Positions 10,513 to 24,782 of a stretch of 63,412 bases of DNA are shown here, piece by piece (the stretch's first letter is position 1; each line of letters starts with the position of its first letter). Position numbers and translations under genes: made by a program. Origin of the DNA: Paraspadella gotoi (taxonomy: Eukaryota > Animalia > Chaetognatha); NCBI GenBank assembly GCA_051294375.1, contig CM119268.1, forward strand, positions 19,872,417-19,935,828. Direction: 5' to 3'. The notes under the pieces were generated by a model. The model searched no databases. It was not told where the DNA came from and saw nothing but the letters and a program-made list of their open reading frames with translations.

Positions 10513-13071
10513 GACCATGAAACTCGTCGGCAGCAGCAGCGGCAATGACGGCGATGGCTGCATCGGCGTTCGAGGTTTTGTGAGAAGCAGTTCTGAAGGA
10601 AGAGAGGAACTTGTGTGTCGAAGATTTTCGCATCAGAGTGAAGATCGTAAAGTTACTGAACTCACACAGTCTACTGTGAGTTTAGGACTAGAAAGGATCG
10701 AGGGAATGAGAGAGAGAGAGAGTTGTTGTATAGAGAATGAAAAAGAAAGAAATGCAGAGATAGAGAGAAACTCTAATCCCCTTTCTTACTCTCCTTTTTT
10801 TCTCCTACGAGTTTTCCGCATAAATTTAACATCAATCAATGAGCGTGTGAGCGACGCAGTCCCACGAGCATCATGAGCTGCAGCAGCAGTAGCATTGGGC
10901 TGCGGCGGGGATAGCGGAATACATCAACTCCCATAGCCGCGATTCACAAGGACGTGCTGCAACTGAGCGTCGGCGGCGGAGGCGGAGGCGGCGGTGGTGA
11001 TTTTATGGTGCCTGCGAGAAAACGGGGCGAGCAAGAGCGAACCCTGACTTAATGCCGAAAATGTTCACGATTTTCTTTCTCCTGTGTTATTTTCAATCCT
11101 GAGATTTGACTTTCTGAATATCTTTCTTTTGTGATGAAAACAATAACCTCAGGATAAAAAATAAGAATTAATCTCTTGTTCAATTTTTTGTTGCTATAAA
11201 ATATTTTTTTCTTGTAAATAATAGACAATTAGACATGGAGTAAAAAGGACTCTACCCCAGATGAAAAGAGGAGAAAAAAGGGGAAAAAAATCACTATTTT
11301 GTCCCATTTTTGATAGAAAAATGAATAAGAACGAATGAATGAATGAATAAAAACTGAATATGAAAAAAGAAATCGTGAATTTGGTTCATATATTGGTGAG
11401 TTTAAAAATCACGCCTTGGAATGATCACGCAATGTGACTATTGTCAGTCAAAGGTAGAATTCTAAGACAAGTTATTTTATTATTTTTGTCTTCTACCCCG
11501 TGAGCCAAATCGATTGTCACGAAGTAAAAATTAATGATACCTACCAGACATAAAGAAAAATATTTATACCATTTGATAAAAAAATCATTGACGTTTTTTA
11601 AATGCCCAAAATATGGATTAAAATGGGATTGAAAAAATTCGTTTCAAACATGTTAGGAAAAATTATCCCTCATCAAGCAAAATAAGTTATTTAGTCAGAT
11701 CCCGACTCTATAATTGACTTTGTCGGTCCGTCGGTCCGCCCCCTCAATATTGTCGGGCACTAACTTAAGGTCCGGGATCACTCAATTCAAATTATAATTA
11801 GGCTAAAACCGAGTTCGGATTTCGAAAGGAGAGCTCCTGAAGATTCCGAAAATGTATTCACTTTACTATTTTTTCAAAGGCGTTATCGTTTTTTCGATTT
11901 TTTTTTACTATATAAAATAAAAGAAACCTATTTGAAGAGTTGCAGCCCAAACGGTAAGGCGGTTTCTCAAGAAATTTGGCATGGATTACTTTTAGGTGAC
12001 GAACTCCAATTCTATGAAAAGATACTTTCAAAATTTGCCTTCCTTCATAGAAAATTTGATTATTTTAGTCAATTTTTGGGATAAATTCCTTGATATCTTT
12101 GAAACGAAAAACATATTTCCAAAAACGCGCTCATAGAATCTCCCCCACCTTTCCTTTCTTGCCAAAGATATTTTTTTATTCAAGAAGAGTCCTGTGGTAT
12201 GAGCTGCAACTCTTCGTTTTTAACTTCACTTCGTCAAGAAAGTTAAATTCTGTACTCATTACTTTTGCAAGATTCACTACAACATACACAAGCACGGGAT
12301 GTGATGATGGAGTTTGTTCAACGCCGATGTCTTAAAAAAATGGCTTACTGTTTTTATTTTTTTTAAATTCAGATTTGATTTTTTTTTTCAGAGATTCCCT
12401 AGAAAATAGGGCAACTATTTTATGATATAAACGTTTACATAAAGTAAAAAGTCAAATTAAAATAAATTGGATAAGTTTTTTAACTCATAAAACTCATAAA
12501 AGCATAAAAACCCATCTGAAAAATGTGTAGAGTAGTTTGTTTTAGACTTATTAGTGATACAACTGCAAGTATGGATTTGTATAGGGCTGCGCATCGTTCG
12601 AATCGAAGTTCCGATCAAGTGAAAACTGCATAGTCAAACCTTCAATTTTTTTTTTGTTCTAAGACCATCGAAAGAAAACTGTATTTTTTACTATCTGTTT
12701 CAGGTAGAGCGCGGGGTAAATTTAGAGAGTTTATATTAAATTTAGAGCAAATGAAAGGATATCAAGTTTTTGCACGCTAAAAGCTTTTTTAAGCGCGTTC
12801 CGTCTGTATTGAAAATGTTGACGTAGGTTATCCAATGAGACATCAATTAAAAATAAGCATTGATCATGCGCGATCCGGGCCAGATAAATACCATATTCAA
12901 CATGGCTTTACCGTATTTTTACGTTTAGAACGCGGTCTGTATGAAATGTTTTGAATTTCACGCCCGTGATATGGCGTTCTACGGCGTCTTTGTCCCTTGT
13001 TAGTCTCTTTATCTTATCTCTTGAAGAGACATTAATTATTGTTATGTGATAGTGACAAAACCATTCAATAA

Positions 13072-13430
13072 AATCTTAAAAGCAATAGGGATCGAGCCTA
13101 CTTTTGATGATAACCAAATATTGATGCGATGATAACCAAATATTGATGCAGATTTGATAACGAAGGATTGATGCGATGATAACCAAAATGATGGATGCGA
13201 TGATAGCTCCTTCATTGATCGCGATGATAATCATTCATTGATGCGATGATAGTCAATCATTGATGCGATGATATTCATTCATTGATGCGCATGATAGTCA
13301 TTCATTGACATGCTGACGTGACATTGAAAAAAGTATGCATATTTTTAAAAAAAGTATGCATACTTTTTTAAAATATGCATACTTTTTTCAAAGTATGCAT
13401 ACTTTTTCAAAGTATGCATTCTTTGAAAAA
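13072..13430 (+). repeat. Repeat family beginning AAAATCTTAAAAGCAATAGGGATCGAGCCTAC with an internal (ATTGATGCGATGATA..)n minisatellite (copies at 14962, 46755, 50482)
   Basis: Identical head and tandem ~22-bp units in four places. Confidence 0.75.
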
Positions 13431-16187
13431 ATGATTACAGTAAATTAAGATTCTAAAATATTAGGTTGAGTGATCCCTGGCCTTAATATCATGTCAGAAC
13501 ATCGAATTATGATAAATTATGCAAAAAAAATTATGTCCGTCCGTCCATCCGTCCGTCCGTCCGTCCGTCCGTCCGTCCGTCCGTCCGAGTGGAAATGAGT
13601 TTAAATAGAAAAAACAAAAAAAATATATTTTACTATTTGAACACCAATTGCTCATGAGTGGATGGGGCGATTGACCTGGAATTTGTATGTGGGTAGGAAA
13701 GTGGTAATTGAACAGAAAATCAAGTTTCGATTGAATCGTTTGAGTGTAAATGAGTTTAAATGGATAAAAACAAAAAAACTGTTTCACTAATTGATTATGC
13801 TTCTTTTTCTTTTTATAATAAATGTATATGCAGGATGTATTAATAAATCAAATAATTAATTAGTTAATTAATCAATTAGTCAATTAATTAATCAATAATT
13901 AATTAATCACACAATCAATCCGTCCATCCGTCCCACCTTAGCAAAAAAGCTCCAATAACTCGTGATTACCTGGTTGGATTGGAATGAAATTTTGTGTGTG
14001 GGTAGGAAAGTGTGTGATAAAGCTGGATATAAAGTTTCGACGGAATCGTGTGAGTGGAAATGAGTTTAAATGAAAAAAATATAAGTCGCATTTACTAAAA
14101 TCTTTTTACTTATTTAACAATAAATACTNNNNNNNNNNNNNNNNNNNNNNNNNATTCCTTTATATTTCACTTCTATTCAAAACTGCATAGTCAAGGCCCA
14201 TATAAATTATATCAATATGGGTAGATTTCGAAAGCTTGGCGTCTTGGGAAGCCAACGGAGGTAGAGCGCGATCGAAATTCCCATTTTATCATGCCCAAAA
14301 ATGGTATTTAAATGAACTGGTCAGACCGTTTTTTTCCCTTTTCCCAAAAAACCTGCTTGATCTTTTGTAAAATAGAACAAATCATACATATCAGTACGGT
14401 TTCGGATAGCTTATTGTCTTCTCTACTAGATAAAAAAAGAAAAGTTTAAATTCTTGCAATCTTGAATGCTTGATAAAGCAATCAAATGAACTGGTTTTTT
14501 ATGTGAAAACTGCATAGTCAAGCCTTCAATTTTTTTTTTGTTCTAAGACCATCGAAAGAAAACTGTATTGTTTTTACTATCTGTTTCAGGTAGAGCGCGG
14601 GGGTAAATTTAGAGAGTTTATATTAAATTTAGAGCAAATAGAAAGGATATCAAGTTTTTGCACGCTAAAAGCTTTTTTAAGCGCGTTCCGGTCTGTATTG
14701 AAAATGTTGACGTAGGTTATCCAATGAGGACATCAATTAAAAATAAGCATTGATCATGCGCGATCCGGGCCAGATAAATACCATATTTCAACATGGCTTT
14801 ACCGTATTTTTACGTTTTAGAACGCGGTCTGTATGAAATGTTTTGAATTTCACGCCCGTGATATTGGCGTTCTAGGCGTCGTTTGTCCCTGTTAGTCTCT
14901 TTATCTTATCTCTTGAAGAGACATTAATTATTGTTATGTGATAGTGACAAAAACCATTCAATAAAATCTTAAAAGCAATAGGGATCGAGCCTACTTTTGA
15001 TGATAACCAAATATTGATGCGATGATAACCAAATATTGATGCGATGATAACCGAAGGATTGATGCGATGATAACCAAATGATGGATGCGATGATAGTCCT
15101 TCATTGATCGGCATGATAATCATTCATTGATGCGATGATAGTCATTCATTGATGCGATGATATTCATTCATTGATGCGATGATAGTCATTCATTGACGTG
15201 ACGTGACATTGAAAAAAAGTATGCATATTTTAAAAAAAGTATGCATACTTTTTTAAATATGCATACTTTTTTCAAAGTATGCATACTTTTTCAAAGTATG
15301 CATTCTTTGAAAAAATGATACAGTAAATTAAGATTTCTAAAATATTAGGTTGAGTGATCCCTGGCCTTAATATCATGTCAGAACATCGAATTATGATAAA
15401 TTATGCAAAAAAAATTATGTCCGTCCGTCCATCCGTCCGTCCGTCCGTCCGTCCGTCCGTCCGTCCGTCCGTCCGAGTGGAAATGAGTTTAAATAGAAAA
15501 AACAAAAAAAATATATTTTACTATTTGAACACCAATTGCTCATGAGTGGATGGGGCGATTGACCTGGAATTTTGTATGTGGGTAGGAAAGTGTGTAATTG
15601 AACAGAAAATCAAGTTTCGATTGAATCGTTTGAGTGTAAATGAGTTTAAATGGATAAAAACAAAAAAACTGTTTCACTAATTGATTATGCTTCTTTTTCT
15701 TTTATAATAAATGTATATGCAGGATGTATTAATAAATCAAATAATTAATTAGTTAATTAATCAATTAGTCAATTAATTAATCAATAATTAATTAATCACA
15801 CAATCAATCCGTCCATCCGTCCCACCTTAGCAAAAAGCTCCAATAACTCGTGATTACCTGGTTGGATTGGAATGAAATTTTGTGTGTGGGTAGGAAAGTG
15901 TGTGATAAAGCTGGATATAAAGTTTCGACGGAATCGTGTGAGTGGAAATGAGTTTAAATGAAAAAAATATAAGTCGCATTTACTAAAATCTTTTTACTTA
16001 TTTTAACCAATAAATACTCTAATTAATCACAATTGGATGGATAGATTGAGTACAAATTGTGTGTGTGGGTAGGAAAGTGTGCGACGGAGCTTGATATAAA
16101 GTTTCGGTACGAGTGGAAATGAGTTTAAATGAAAAAAATATGAGTCACATTTACTTGAATATTTTTACTTATTTTAACCCCTCTTTT

Positions 16188-16239
<52 letters not shown>

Positions 16240-16276
16240 AACTAATGTTAAAGAGTAAAAATATTGATTGTCATAA

Positions 16277-16314
16277 CTGATGAAGACTCTAAAACTCAAG
16301 AGTCGAAACATGTC
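16277..16314 (+). ncRNA. Minimal PLE-type hammerhead ribozyme (duplicate at 17799-17836)
   Basis: CTGATGAAGACTC-loop-GAGTCGAAACATGTC with palindromic stem III ACATGT. Confidence 0.6.
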
Positions 16315-17258
16315 TTACCAATAATACAATTCGTTGATAAAAACAAATAAATTGTTTTTTCTCCTAAACTTCAAAACGCAACGAAATTGACAGTTTATAC
16401 ACAATTATTTTAACCCATAATAGATAGAGATGAAATTTTGTGAGCGGGTAGGAAAGTGTGTGAAGAAGCTATATATAAAGTTTTGACGGAATTGTGTCAG
16501 TGGAAATGAGTTTAAATGGAAAAAAATATAAGTCACATTTACTTGAATATTTATTATTTATGATTACTAATAATTTTTTTATTAATGAATTAATTAATGT
16601 GAAAAAATGATGCAATTTAAAAAATGATGCAAGTTGGAAAAATGATGCAAGTTGAGAGAGAGAGAGAGAGAGAGAGATAAAAACGCAATAAAAACACGAT
16701 GTTGCGATAGCAAAATGATAACATGCACAAATGCGAGGCCTAATTTTACGAGTTCAATCCTAATTCATTTTTTTTAATAAAAACGCAGAGAGAGAAAGAG
16801 AGAGAGAGAGAGAGAGCGGCAGCAGCAGAGGCAGCCAGAAAAAAATAAAGAAATCAAAAGGCAAGAGCAGAAGCAGAAGGAGAAAAGAGAGAAAAAGAAA
16901 GAGCCAGCTGCAGACTCGTTTTTTTGTTTTGTTTGATGTTGTTAAGCGTAGCTGCTTAAAAGGCCTGATAATTAATCTCGTATAAACCAACTGCCCTTCT
17001 GGACCTTGTAGAGGTCAATAAAGATGAAAATATTTAAACTGTAATCTTGGATATTGAATGAAAAATTTTTCATTGCGCTTGATTATAAAGAGATGCAATG
17101 AGCCATCAATTTGAAGACATATTTGCAAAAAAATTTAATTTCAAGTTGTTAATAAATATCAATTTAAATAAAATTTTAACAGAAAAAACATCAAACATTT
17201 CTCTATCTAATAAAAAAACTGTTTACGTTTATGTCGATGCAGTAAACCATGGCAATGA

Positions 17259-17505
17259 TTTTTAGTCGGATCTGCTTATCAGCAGATCCCGACTCTATAA
17301 CTCACTTTTTCGGTCCGTCGGTCCGCCCCCTCAATATTGTCGGGCACACACTTATATCATGTCAGAACATCGAATTATGATAAATTATGCAAAAAAAAAC
17401 GATGTCCGTCCGTCCGTCTGTCTGTCCGTCCATCCGTCCGTCCGTCCGTCCGTCCGTCCGTCCCACCTTAGCAAAAAACTCCAATTACTCGTGATTGGAT
17501 GGATG
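17259..17505 (+). mobile_element. DINE-1/HINE (Helentron-associated)-like repeat head; related copies at ~11690, 18783 and 62540, body fragments at 990-1360, 13490-14128 and 19000-20390
   Basis: T-run start, hairpin AGTCGGATCTGC-TTATCA-GCAGATCCCGACT, (GTCY)n microsatellite, and tandem ~80-bp subunits (gtgggtaggaaagtgtgtga...gagtggaaatgagtttaaatg). Confidence 0.55.
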
Positions 17506-17681
17506 AAATACTCTAATTAATCACAATTGGATGGATAGATTGAGTACAAATTGTGTGTGTGGGTAGGAAAGTGTGCGACGGAGCTTGATATAAAGTTTCG
17601 GTACGAGTGGAAATGAGTTTAAATGAAAAAAATATGAGTCACATTTACTTGAATATTTTTACTTATTTTAACCCCTCTTTT

Positions 17682-17761
<80 letters not shown>

Positions 17762-19507
17762 AACTAATGTTAAAGAGTAAAAATATTGATTGTCATAACT
17801 GATGAAGACTCTAAAACTCAAGAGTCGAAACATGTCTTACCAATAATACAATTCGTTGATAAAAACAAATAAATTGTTTTTTCTCCTAAACTTCAAAACG
17901 CAACGAAATTGACAGTTTATACACAATTATTTTAACCCATAATAGATAGAGATGAAATTTTGTGAGCGGGTAGGAAAGTGTGTGAAGAAGCTATATATAA
18001 AGTTTTGACGGAATTGTGTCAGTGGAAATGAGTTTAAATGGAAAAAATATAAGTCACATTTACTTGAATATTTATTATTTATGATTACTAATAATTTTTT
18101 TATTAATGAATTAATTAATGTGAAAAAATGATGCAATTTAAAAAATGATGCAAGTTGGAAAAATGATGCAAGTTGAGAGAGAGAGAGAGAGAGAGAGATA
18201 AAAACGCAATAAAAACACGATGTTGCGATAGCAAAATGATAACATGCACAAATGCGAGGCCTAATTTTACGAGTTCAATCCTAATTCATTTTTTTTAATA
18301 AAAACGCAGAGAGAGAAAGAGAGAGAGAGAGAGAGAGCGGCAGCAGCAGAGGCAGCCAGAAAAAAATAAAGAAATCAAAAGGCAAGAGCAGAAGCAGAAG
18401 GAGAAAAGAGAGAAAAAGAAAGAGCCAGCTGCAGACTCGTTTTTTTGTTTTGTTTGATGTTGTTAAGCGTAGCTGCTTAAAAGGCCTGATAATTAATCTC
18501 GTATAAACCAACTGCCCTTCTGGACCTTGTAGAGGTCAATAAAGATGAAAATATTTAAACTGTAATCTTGGATATTGAATGAAAAATTTTTCATTGCGCT
18601 TGATTATAAAGAGATGCAATGAGCCATCAATTTGAAGACATATTTGCAAAAAAATTTAATTTCAAGTTGTTAATAAATATCAATTTAAATAAAATTTTAA
18701 CAGAAAAAACATCAAACATTTCTCTATCTAATAAAAAAACTGTTTACGTTTATGTCGATGCAGTAAACCATGGCAATGATTGTTTAGTCGGATCTGCTTA
18801 TCAGCAGATCCCGACTCTATAACTCACTTTTCGGTCCGTCGGTCGCCCCCTCAATATTGTCGGGCACACACTTATATCATGTCAGAACATCGAATTATGA
18901 TAAATTATGCAAAAAAAAACGATGTCCGTCCGTCCGTCTGTCTGTCCGTCCATCCGTCGTCGTCCGTCCGTCCGTCCCCACCTTAGCAAAAAACTCCAAT
19001 TACTCGTGATTGGATGGATGGATTGTATGAAATTTTGTGTGTGGGTAGGAAACAGTGTGATTGAGATGGATATGAAGTTTTGAGGGAATCGTGCGAGTGG
19101 AAATTGGTTTAAATGGAAAAAACAAAAAATATATTTAACTATTTGAACGCCAATTGCTCATGAGTGGATAGGGCAATTGACTTGAAATTTTGTATGATGG
19201 TAGGGAAGTGTGAGATTGAGCTGGATATAAAGTTTCGATGGAATCGTGCGAGTGGAAATGAGTTAAAATGGAAAAAACAAAAGTCATATTTACTTAAAGT
19301 ATTTTTACTTAAATTTACTCATAATTATTATGTTTATTAAAAATTGGATAGATAAATCGAAATGGAATTTTGTGTGTGTGGGTAGGAAAGTATGTGATAA
19401 AGCTGGATATAAATTTTTTGATGGAATCGTAGGAGTGGAAAAGAGTTCAAATTAGAAAACCAAAAGACACATTTATTTGAATTTTTTAAAGTTTCTCTCT
19501 CTCTCTC

Positions 19508-19544
<37 letters not shown>

Positions 19545-19546
<2 letters not shown>

Positions 19547-19980
19547 CCAAATTATGCAATTGACAAAAATATGCCAGTTGACCAAATTCTTAAAGTTCAC
19601 CAATTATGCCAGTTGACAAATTCTGCAAGTTGATCAAGTTCTGCAAGTTGACCAAATTATGCTGTTGACCAAATTATGCTGTTGACGCAAATCCATGCCA
19701 GTTGCCAAATTATGCCGTTGACCAAATATATGCTAGTTGACCAAATTAGAGCAAGTTGATATAAATTATGCCAGTTGACCAAATTATGCCGTTGACCAAA
19801 TTATTAATTGATCAAATTATGTCAGTTGACCAAATTATGTCAGTTGACCAATTATGTCAGTTGACCAAGATTATGTCAGTTGACCAAATTTGTCAGTGTG
19901 ACCAAATTATGTCAGTTAACCAAATTATGTCAGTTGACCAAATTATGCAAGTTGATTAAATTATGCAAGTTGAACAAGTT
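19545..19980 (+). repeat. ~18-bp minisatellite (GTTGACCAAATTATGYCA)n
   Basis: Visible tandem units. Confidence 0.9.
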
Positions 19981-21467
19981 AGCTTATTACCACTTAATTA
20001 TCGATTGACCTGGAATTTTGTATGTGAGTAGAAAAGTGTGTGATTGAACAGGAAACCAAGTTTCGATGGAATCTTTTGAGTGGAAATGAGTTTAAATATA
20101 AAAACAAAAAACCTGTTTCACTAATTGATTATGATTCTTTTTCCTTTTATATTAAATGTATATGCAGGATGTATTAATAAATCAAATAATTAATCAGTTA
20201 ATTAATCAATAAAATAATTAATTAATCAATAATTAATTAATCAGTCAATCAATCCGTCTATCCGTCCCACCTTAGCAAAAAGCTCCAATAACTCGTGATT
20301 GGCTGGTTGGATTGAAAAGAAATTTTGTGTGTGGGTAGGAAAGTGTGTGATAAAGCTGGATATAAAGTTTCGACGGAATCGTGTGAGTTTAAGAAAAAAG
20401 GTCATTCATTCAACTTCAAAATAGGTGAAATGGAGTACAAATTCAGAAAGCTGAGCTCCTGGCGATTCCGAAAATGTATTCACTTTAAGCATTTGATGCA
20501 TTCTACCCCATTTTATCGGTTTTAATTATAATATAAAATAATAGAAACCTATCTGAAGAGTTGCAGGTCAAACGAAAAGGCCAATCCATTGATATTTTTT
20601 ATGAATTTTTAATTACTGAATTAGAAAAAGTAATAGAGAGACATTTTTAAATTTCAACTTGTATCCTTGCAAATGAAACGTTTTTAAACTTTAACCTGAA
20701 TTCTTTCTAACTGGAACACGTTTATCAAAATGTCTCTCTATTACATTTTTACAAATGTTTTTAAGATTGCTAATCAAATTTTTAATTCAATATTATTGCA
20801 GTCGTTTAGGCTGCAACTCTTCAAATTCAGTGTAGATTCATTGTAGCTTGAATTTCTTTACCATCTATTAACTGAAGATTTTGTTCATGACTGGAAAACC
20901 AACAGAGTAACGAGATTAATTGTTTAATTCTCCCCTTCTAAACTATCCCATACGTGTTTTAACTTCTTACCTAAAACTTTTTACAACCAGATTGAAAAAA
21001 AATCTTTAAAAAATGTGCTTACCCATTTAACTTAACAATTTTGTTATTTACCCATTTAAAAAAAATTATTGAAAACAGAATGTTTACATATAAATAAGAA
21101 CTTATTTCTTTGTGATTACTGATGACTATAATGTTTTTCTCGATATATTAGCTCTAACAAATAAATGATTACGTATTGTTATGCTGAATGACCTTTCCTC
21201 TTAAGAGGAAAAAACATAAGTCGCATTTACTAAAATATTTTTAATTATTTTAACAATAAGTACTCTAATTAATCATAATTGGATGGATAGATTGAGTTCA
21301 AATTTTTTGTGTGGGTAGAAAAATGTGTAACGATGCTTGATATAAAGTTTCGGTGGAAACGTACGAGTGGAAATGAGTTTAAATGAAAAAAATATGAGTC
21401 ACATTTACTTGAATCTTTTTACTTATTTTAACCATAATAGATTGAGATGAAAGAGAAGGAGAGAGAG

Positions 21468-21536
<69 letters not shown>

Positions 21537-21619
21537 CAGAAAAATGAGCATAGGATCGTCGCAATTGCAAAGAGAGAGAGAGAGCAGAAAAATGAGCATA
21601 AGGATCGTTGCAATTGCAA

Positions 21620-21681
<62 letters not shown>

Positions 21682-23227
21682 AAAGAAAGAGAGAGAGTCC
21701 GAAATAATGTCCGAAGTAATTTACATTGTTAATCAACCAAATGTAGAAGCAATTGAGATACAAACGGCATTGAACGGCATTGAAAGGCATTGAACGGCAT
21801 TGAACGACATAGAAACGCATGGAACGGCATTGAACGCTGGACTATAAAAAGATAATATAAACGAATTAATAAAAACCTTAATATAAAATTAAATCAAGTA
21901 AAGAAACATTAAAACAAACCTGCTTCACGCTCGTAAAGCTTGATAACTACTAATATAATTCTTACTTTCTCTCACAAAGGTAAGTTTCTTCACTTAGATA
22001 TATAGTAAACGTTTTAGGCAAAAAGAGCAACGATTTTTGGGAAACTTGAAACACGGAAATATTTAACAGGGTTCTTGTAGAGCTTAAGAAGTTAAATGAA
22101 AGTTAGTACTATAATTTTTTCAATATTGACAATAAATTGGTTAAAAATAGAAAAAACCTTAAAAAATTATCATCATCATCATTATTGCGGAATTTTATTT
22201 TTTTAATTTTTCATAAATAAAACAACAAAAAAAGTTGTATTAATAACCTTTATCTAACTTTTAAAGCTCTATCAGAATCTATAAAAAAAATTGATAAGCA
22301 AAATTTTAAAATTATTTTCATTTTCATATTATTTAATAGTCGCTTAACCATTAACCATTAACCATTTGAGAGAGATTTTCAACCTGTTCCGGCCTAATAT
22401 CTAGTAAGGCGGGCCAAAATTGAACACTTTTTCTAACTCCTAGTTCTCTTTAAAAATTTTTTTTCTTTTACTACTAAATCGATTTTCAATGTAACTTTTT
22501 GATTTAGTTCATTGGGTTGTTGCACTGAAGCTTTTAAATATTTATTAAATATAATATAATTATATAAAGTTTTGACGGAATTGTGCCAGTGGAAATGAGT
22601 TTAGATGGAAAAAACATAAGTCACATATACTTGAATCTTTAATATTAATGATTACTAATAAATGTTTTAATTAATTAGTTAATTAATTAATTAATTAATG
22701 TGAAAAAATGATGCAAGTTAAAAAAATCTTAAAAGCATAAAGATCGTCGCAATTGCATAAAAAGAGAGAGAGAGAGAGAGTGAGAGTGAGAGAGACAAGG
22801 AGACATAAAATAAAATAAAGATATTTGTTTGTTTTGATAAAATGCAAACAAGACATATTTAATAACTGTCCTAACCCAATTTTAGGACATCGATGATGAT
22901 AAGTTGAATATAAATTTAAAATTAATTATTACATAATTTAATTAATTAATTAATCGATTAATTAATTAATTAATTATGCGTAGGCAGATCCGACATTGTT
23001 TGCTCAAACTTGTTTTCGTGTCACTGGATTTGGCTCACCGTCTCCCCCTTGCGGCGTTAAAAACGATGAAAATGTTATATTTCGTAAAAAAAGCATTTTC
23101 GAGAATTGGAGGCAACGAATTTCCAAGAAATGATCGTCGGCGATTATTTTATCTACTTCTATTTCCTTAGCTATCTTCCATTTTCCTCCATTCTTTCTCT
23201 CACTTCGTCCCCTCTCTCTCCAACCCG

Positions 23228-24460
23228 TCTTCTTCTCCATCATCATCGTCATCTTCTCCATCATCGTCGTCTTCTCCATCATCGTCGACTTCTCCATCAT
23301 CATTATCTTCACCATCATCGTCGTCTTCTCCATCATCGTCTTACCCATCATCGTTGCCTTCTCCATCATCATTATCTTCTCCATCATCATCGTCTTCATC
23401 GTTTGTCTTCTCCATCATAATCATCTTACCCATCATCGTCATCTTCTCCATCACCATCATTGTGAAGTATTTTTATGCTTCACGCCCGCAGAGTCGCGTG
23501 TTCGAGACGTCGCTCGTTCCGTGTAATTTGACGAGGGAGCTTTATGGAAAACTCGCTGAATATTCCGCTGATCACGAGGCCAATTATGAAGGAAAAGTCG
23601 TGAATCAAATGCAAAGGCTTTATTTTCAGTAAAATATCCATAATTTGTCCTGTAAAACTGTATTAGGGACGAGTGAACTGTTTCTTGGCTGAATCTAAAT
23701 AAGAACTAAAAAATAGTCTCATATCTCTACCAAATTACGACGGTCAAATAAAATACTGGTAAAATAAAAAAAAAATACTGGTCAAAATCAAATCATGAAG
23801 AATTTTAGGCGAATCTGATTGACCTTAAAATGTTAAAGAGAGACAGAAAAATAACTTAGTGAGGCATAGTATTTCACAATCGTCTTCTCCATCATCGTCG
23901 TCCACTCTATAATCATCATCTTCTCCATCATCATCATCTTCTCCATCATCGTCATCTCAATTATCGTACTCTTTTCCATCATCGTCGTCAACTCCATCAC
24001 CGTTGTCTCCTACATCATTGTCATCTTCTCAATGATCGTCATCTTCTCCATCATCGTCTTCTTCATCATCGTCACCTTACCCATCATCGTCGTCAACCCC
24101 ATCATCGTCATCTTCCCCATCATTGTCGTCTTCTCCATCATCATCTTTCCAATCATTGTCGTCTTCTCCATCATTGTCTGCTTCTCCATCATCGTCATCT
24201 TTTCAATCATCGTCATATTCCCCATCATCGTCATCTTCTCCCTCATTGTCATCTTCTCCATCATCGTCGTCTTCCCCATCATCGTCATCTTCCCCATCAT
24301 TGTCGTCTTCTCCATCATCATCTTTCCAATCATCGTCTTCTTCTCCATCATCGTCAGCTTCTCCATCATCGTCATCATCTCCATCAACGTCGTCTTCCCT
24401 ATCATCGTCATTTTCTCCATCTTCATCTTCCCCATCATCGTCTTCTTTTCCGTCGTCGTC
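23228..24460. repeat. 15/18-bp triplet-periodic minisatellite (TTCTCCATCATCGTCRTC)n in two blocks (23228-23460, 23880-24460)
   Basis: Visible tandem units; low-complexity ORFs in most frames. Confidence 0.85.
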
Positions 24461-24743
24461 AGTAGCGCGCATAATATTCCCATTAGCATGAGGTTTTATG
24501 AATCTTGCGAGACGCTCTCCTCTTCTTTCCTTTCCTCCTTTCCTCCTTTCCATTTCTCTTTTTCTCTTTTCCTCCTTTTTTCATCCCCTCCTCCTCCTCC
24601 TCTTTCCTCTTTTTTTTTTGGTTTATGTACCACGAGTTAAATTTGAGTCGCAAAAACATCGCTTTAGGAACTCTCTCTCTCTCTGTTTCTCTCTTTTTCT
24701 ATCTCTTTCTCTCTTTCTCTCTCTCTCTCCCTTTTTCTCCCTC

Positions 24744-24782
<39 letters not shown>

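Larger units (their letters stand above)
12622..19020. repeat. Tandem near-identical segmental copies: 12622-14128 vs 14506-16017, and 16012-17505 vs 17506-19020
   Basis: Co-linear identity differing mainly by single-base indels; N gap at 14129-14153. Confidence 0.85.

Noticed and set aside
21379-21820. ER/LS-rich ORFs here and at 477-1042 and 29254-29902
   Set aside because: Translations of (AG)n microsatellites.
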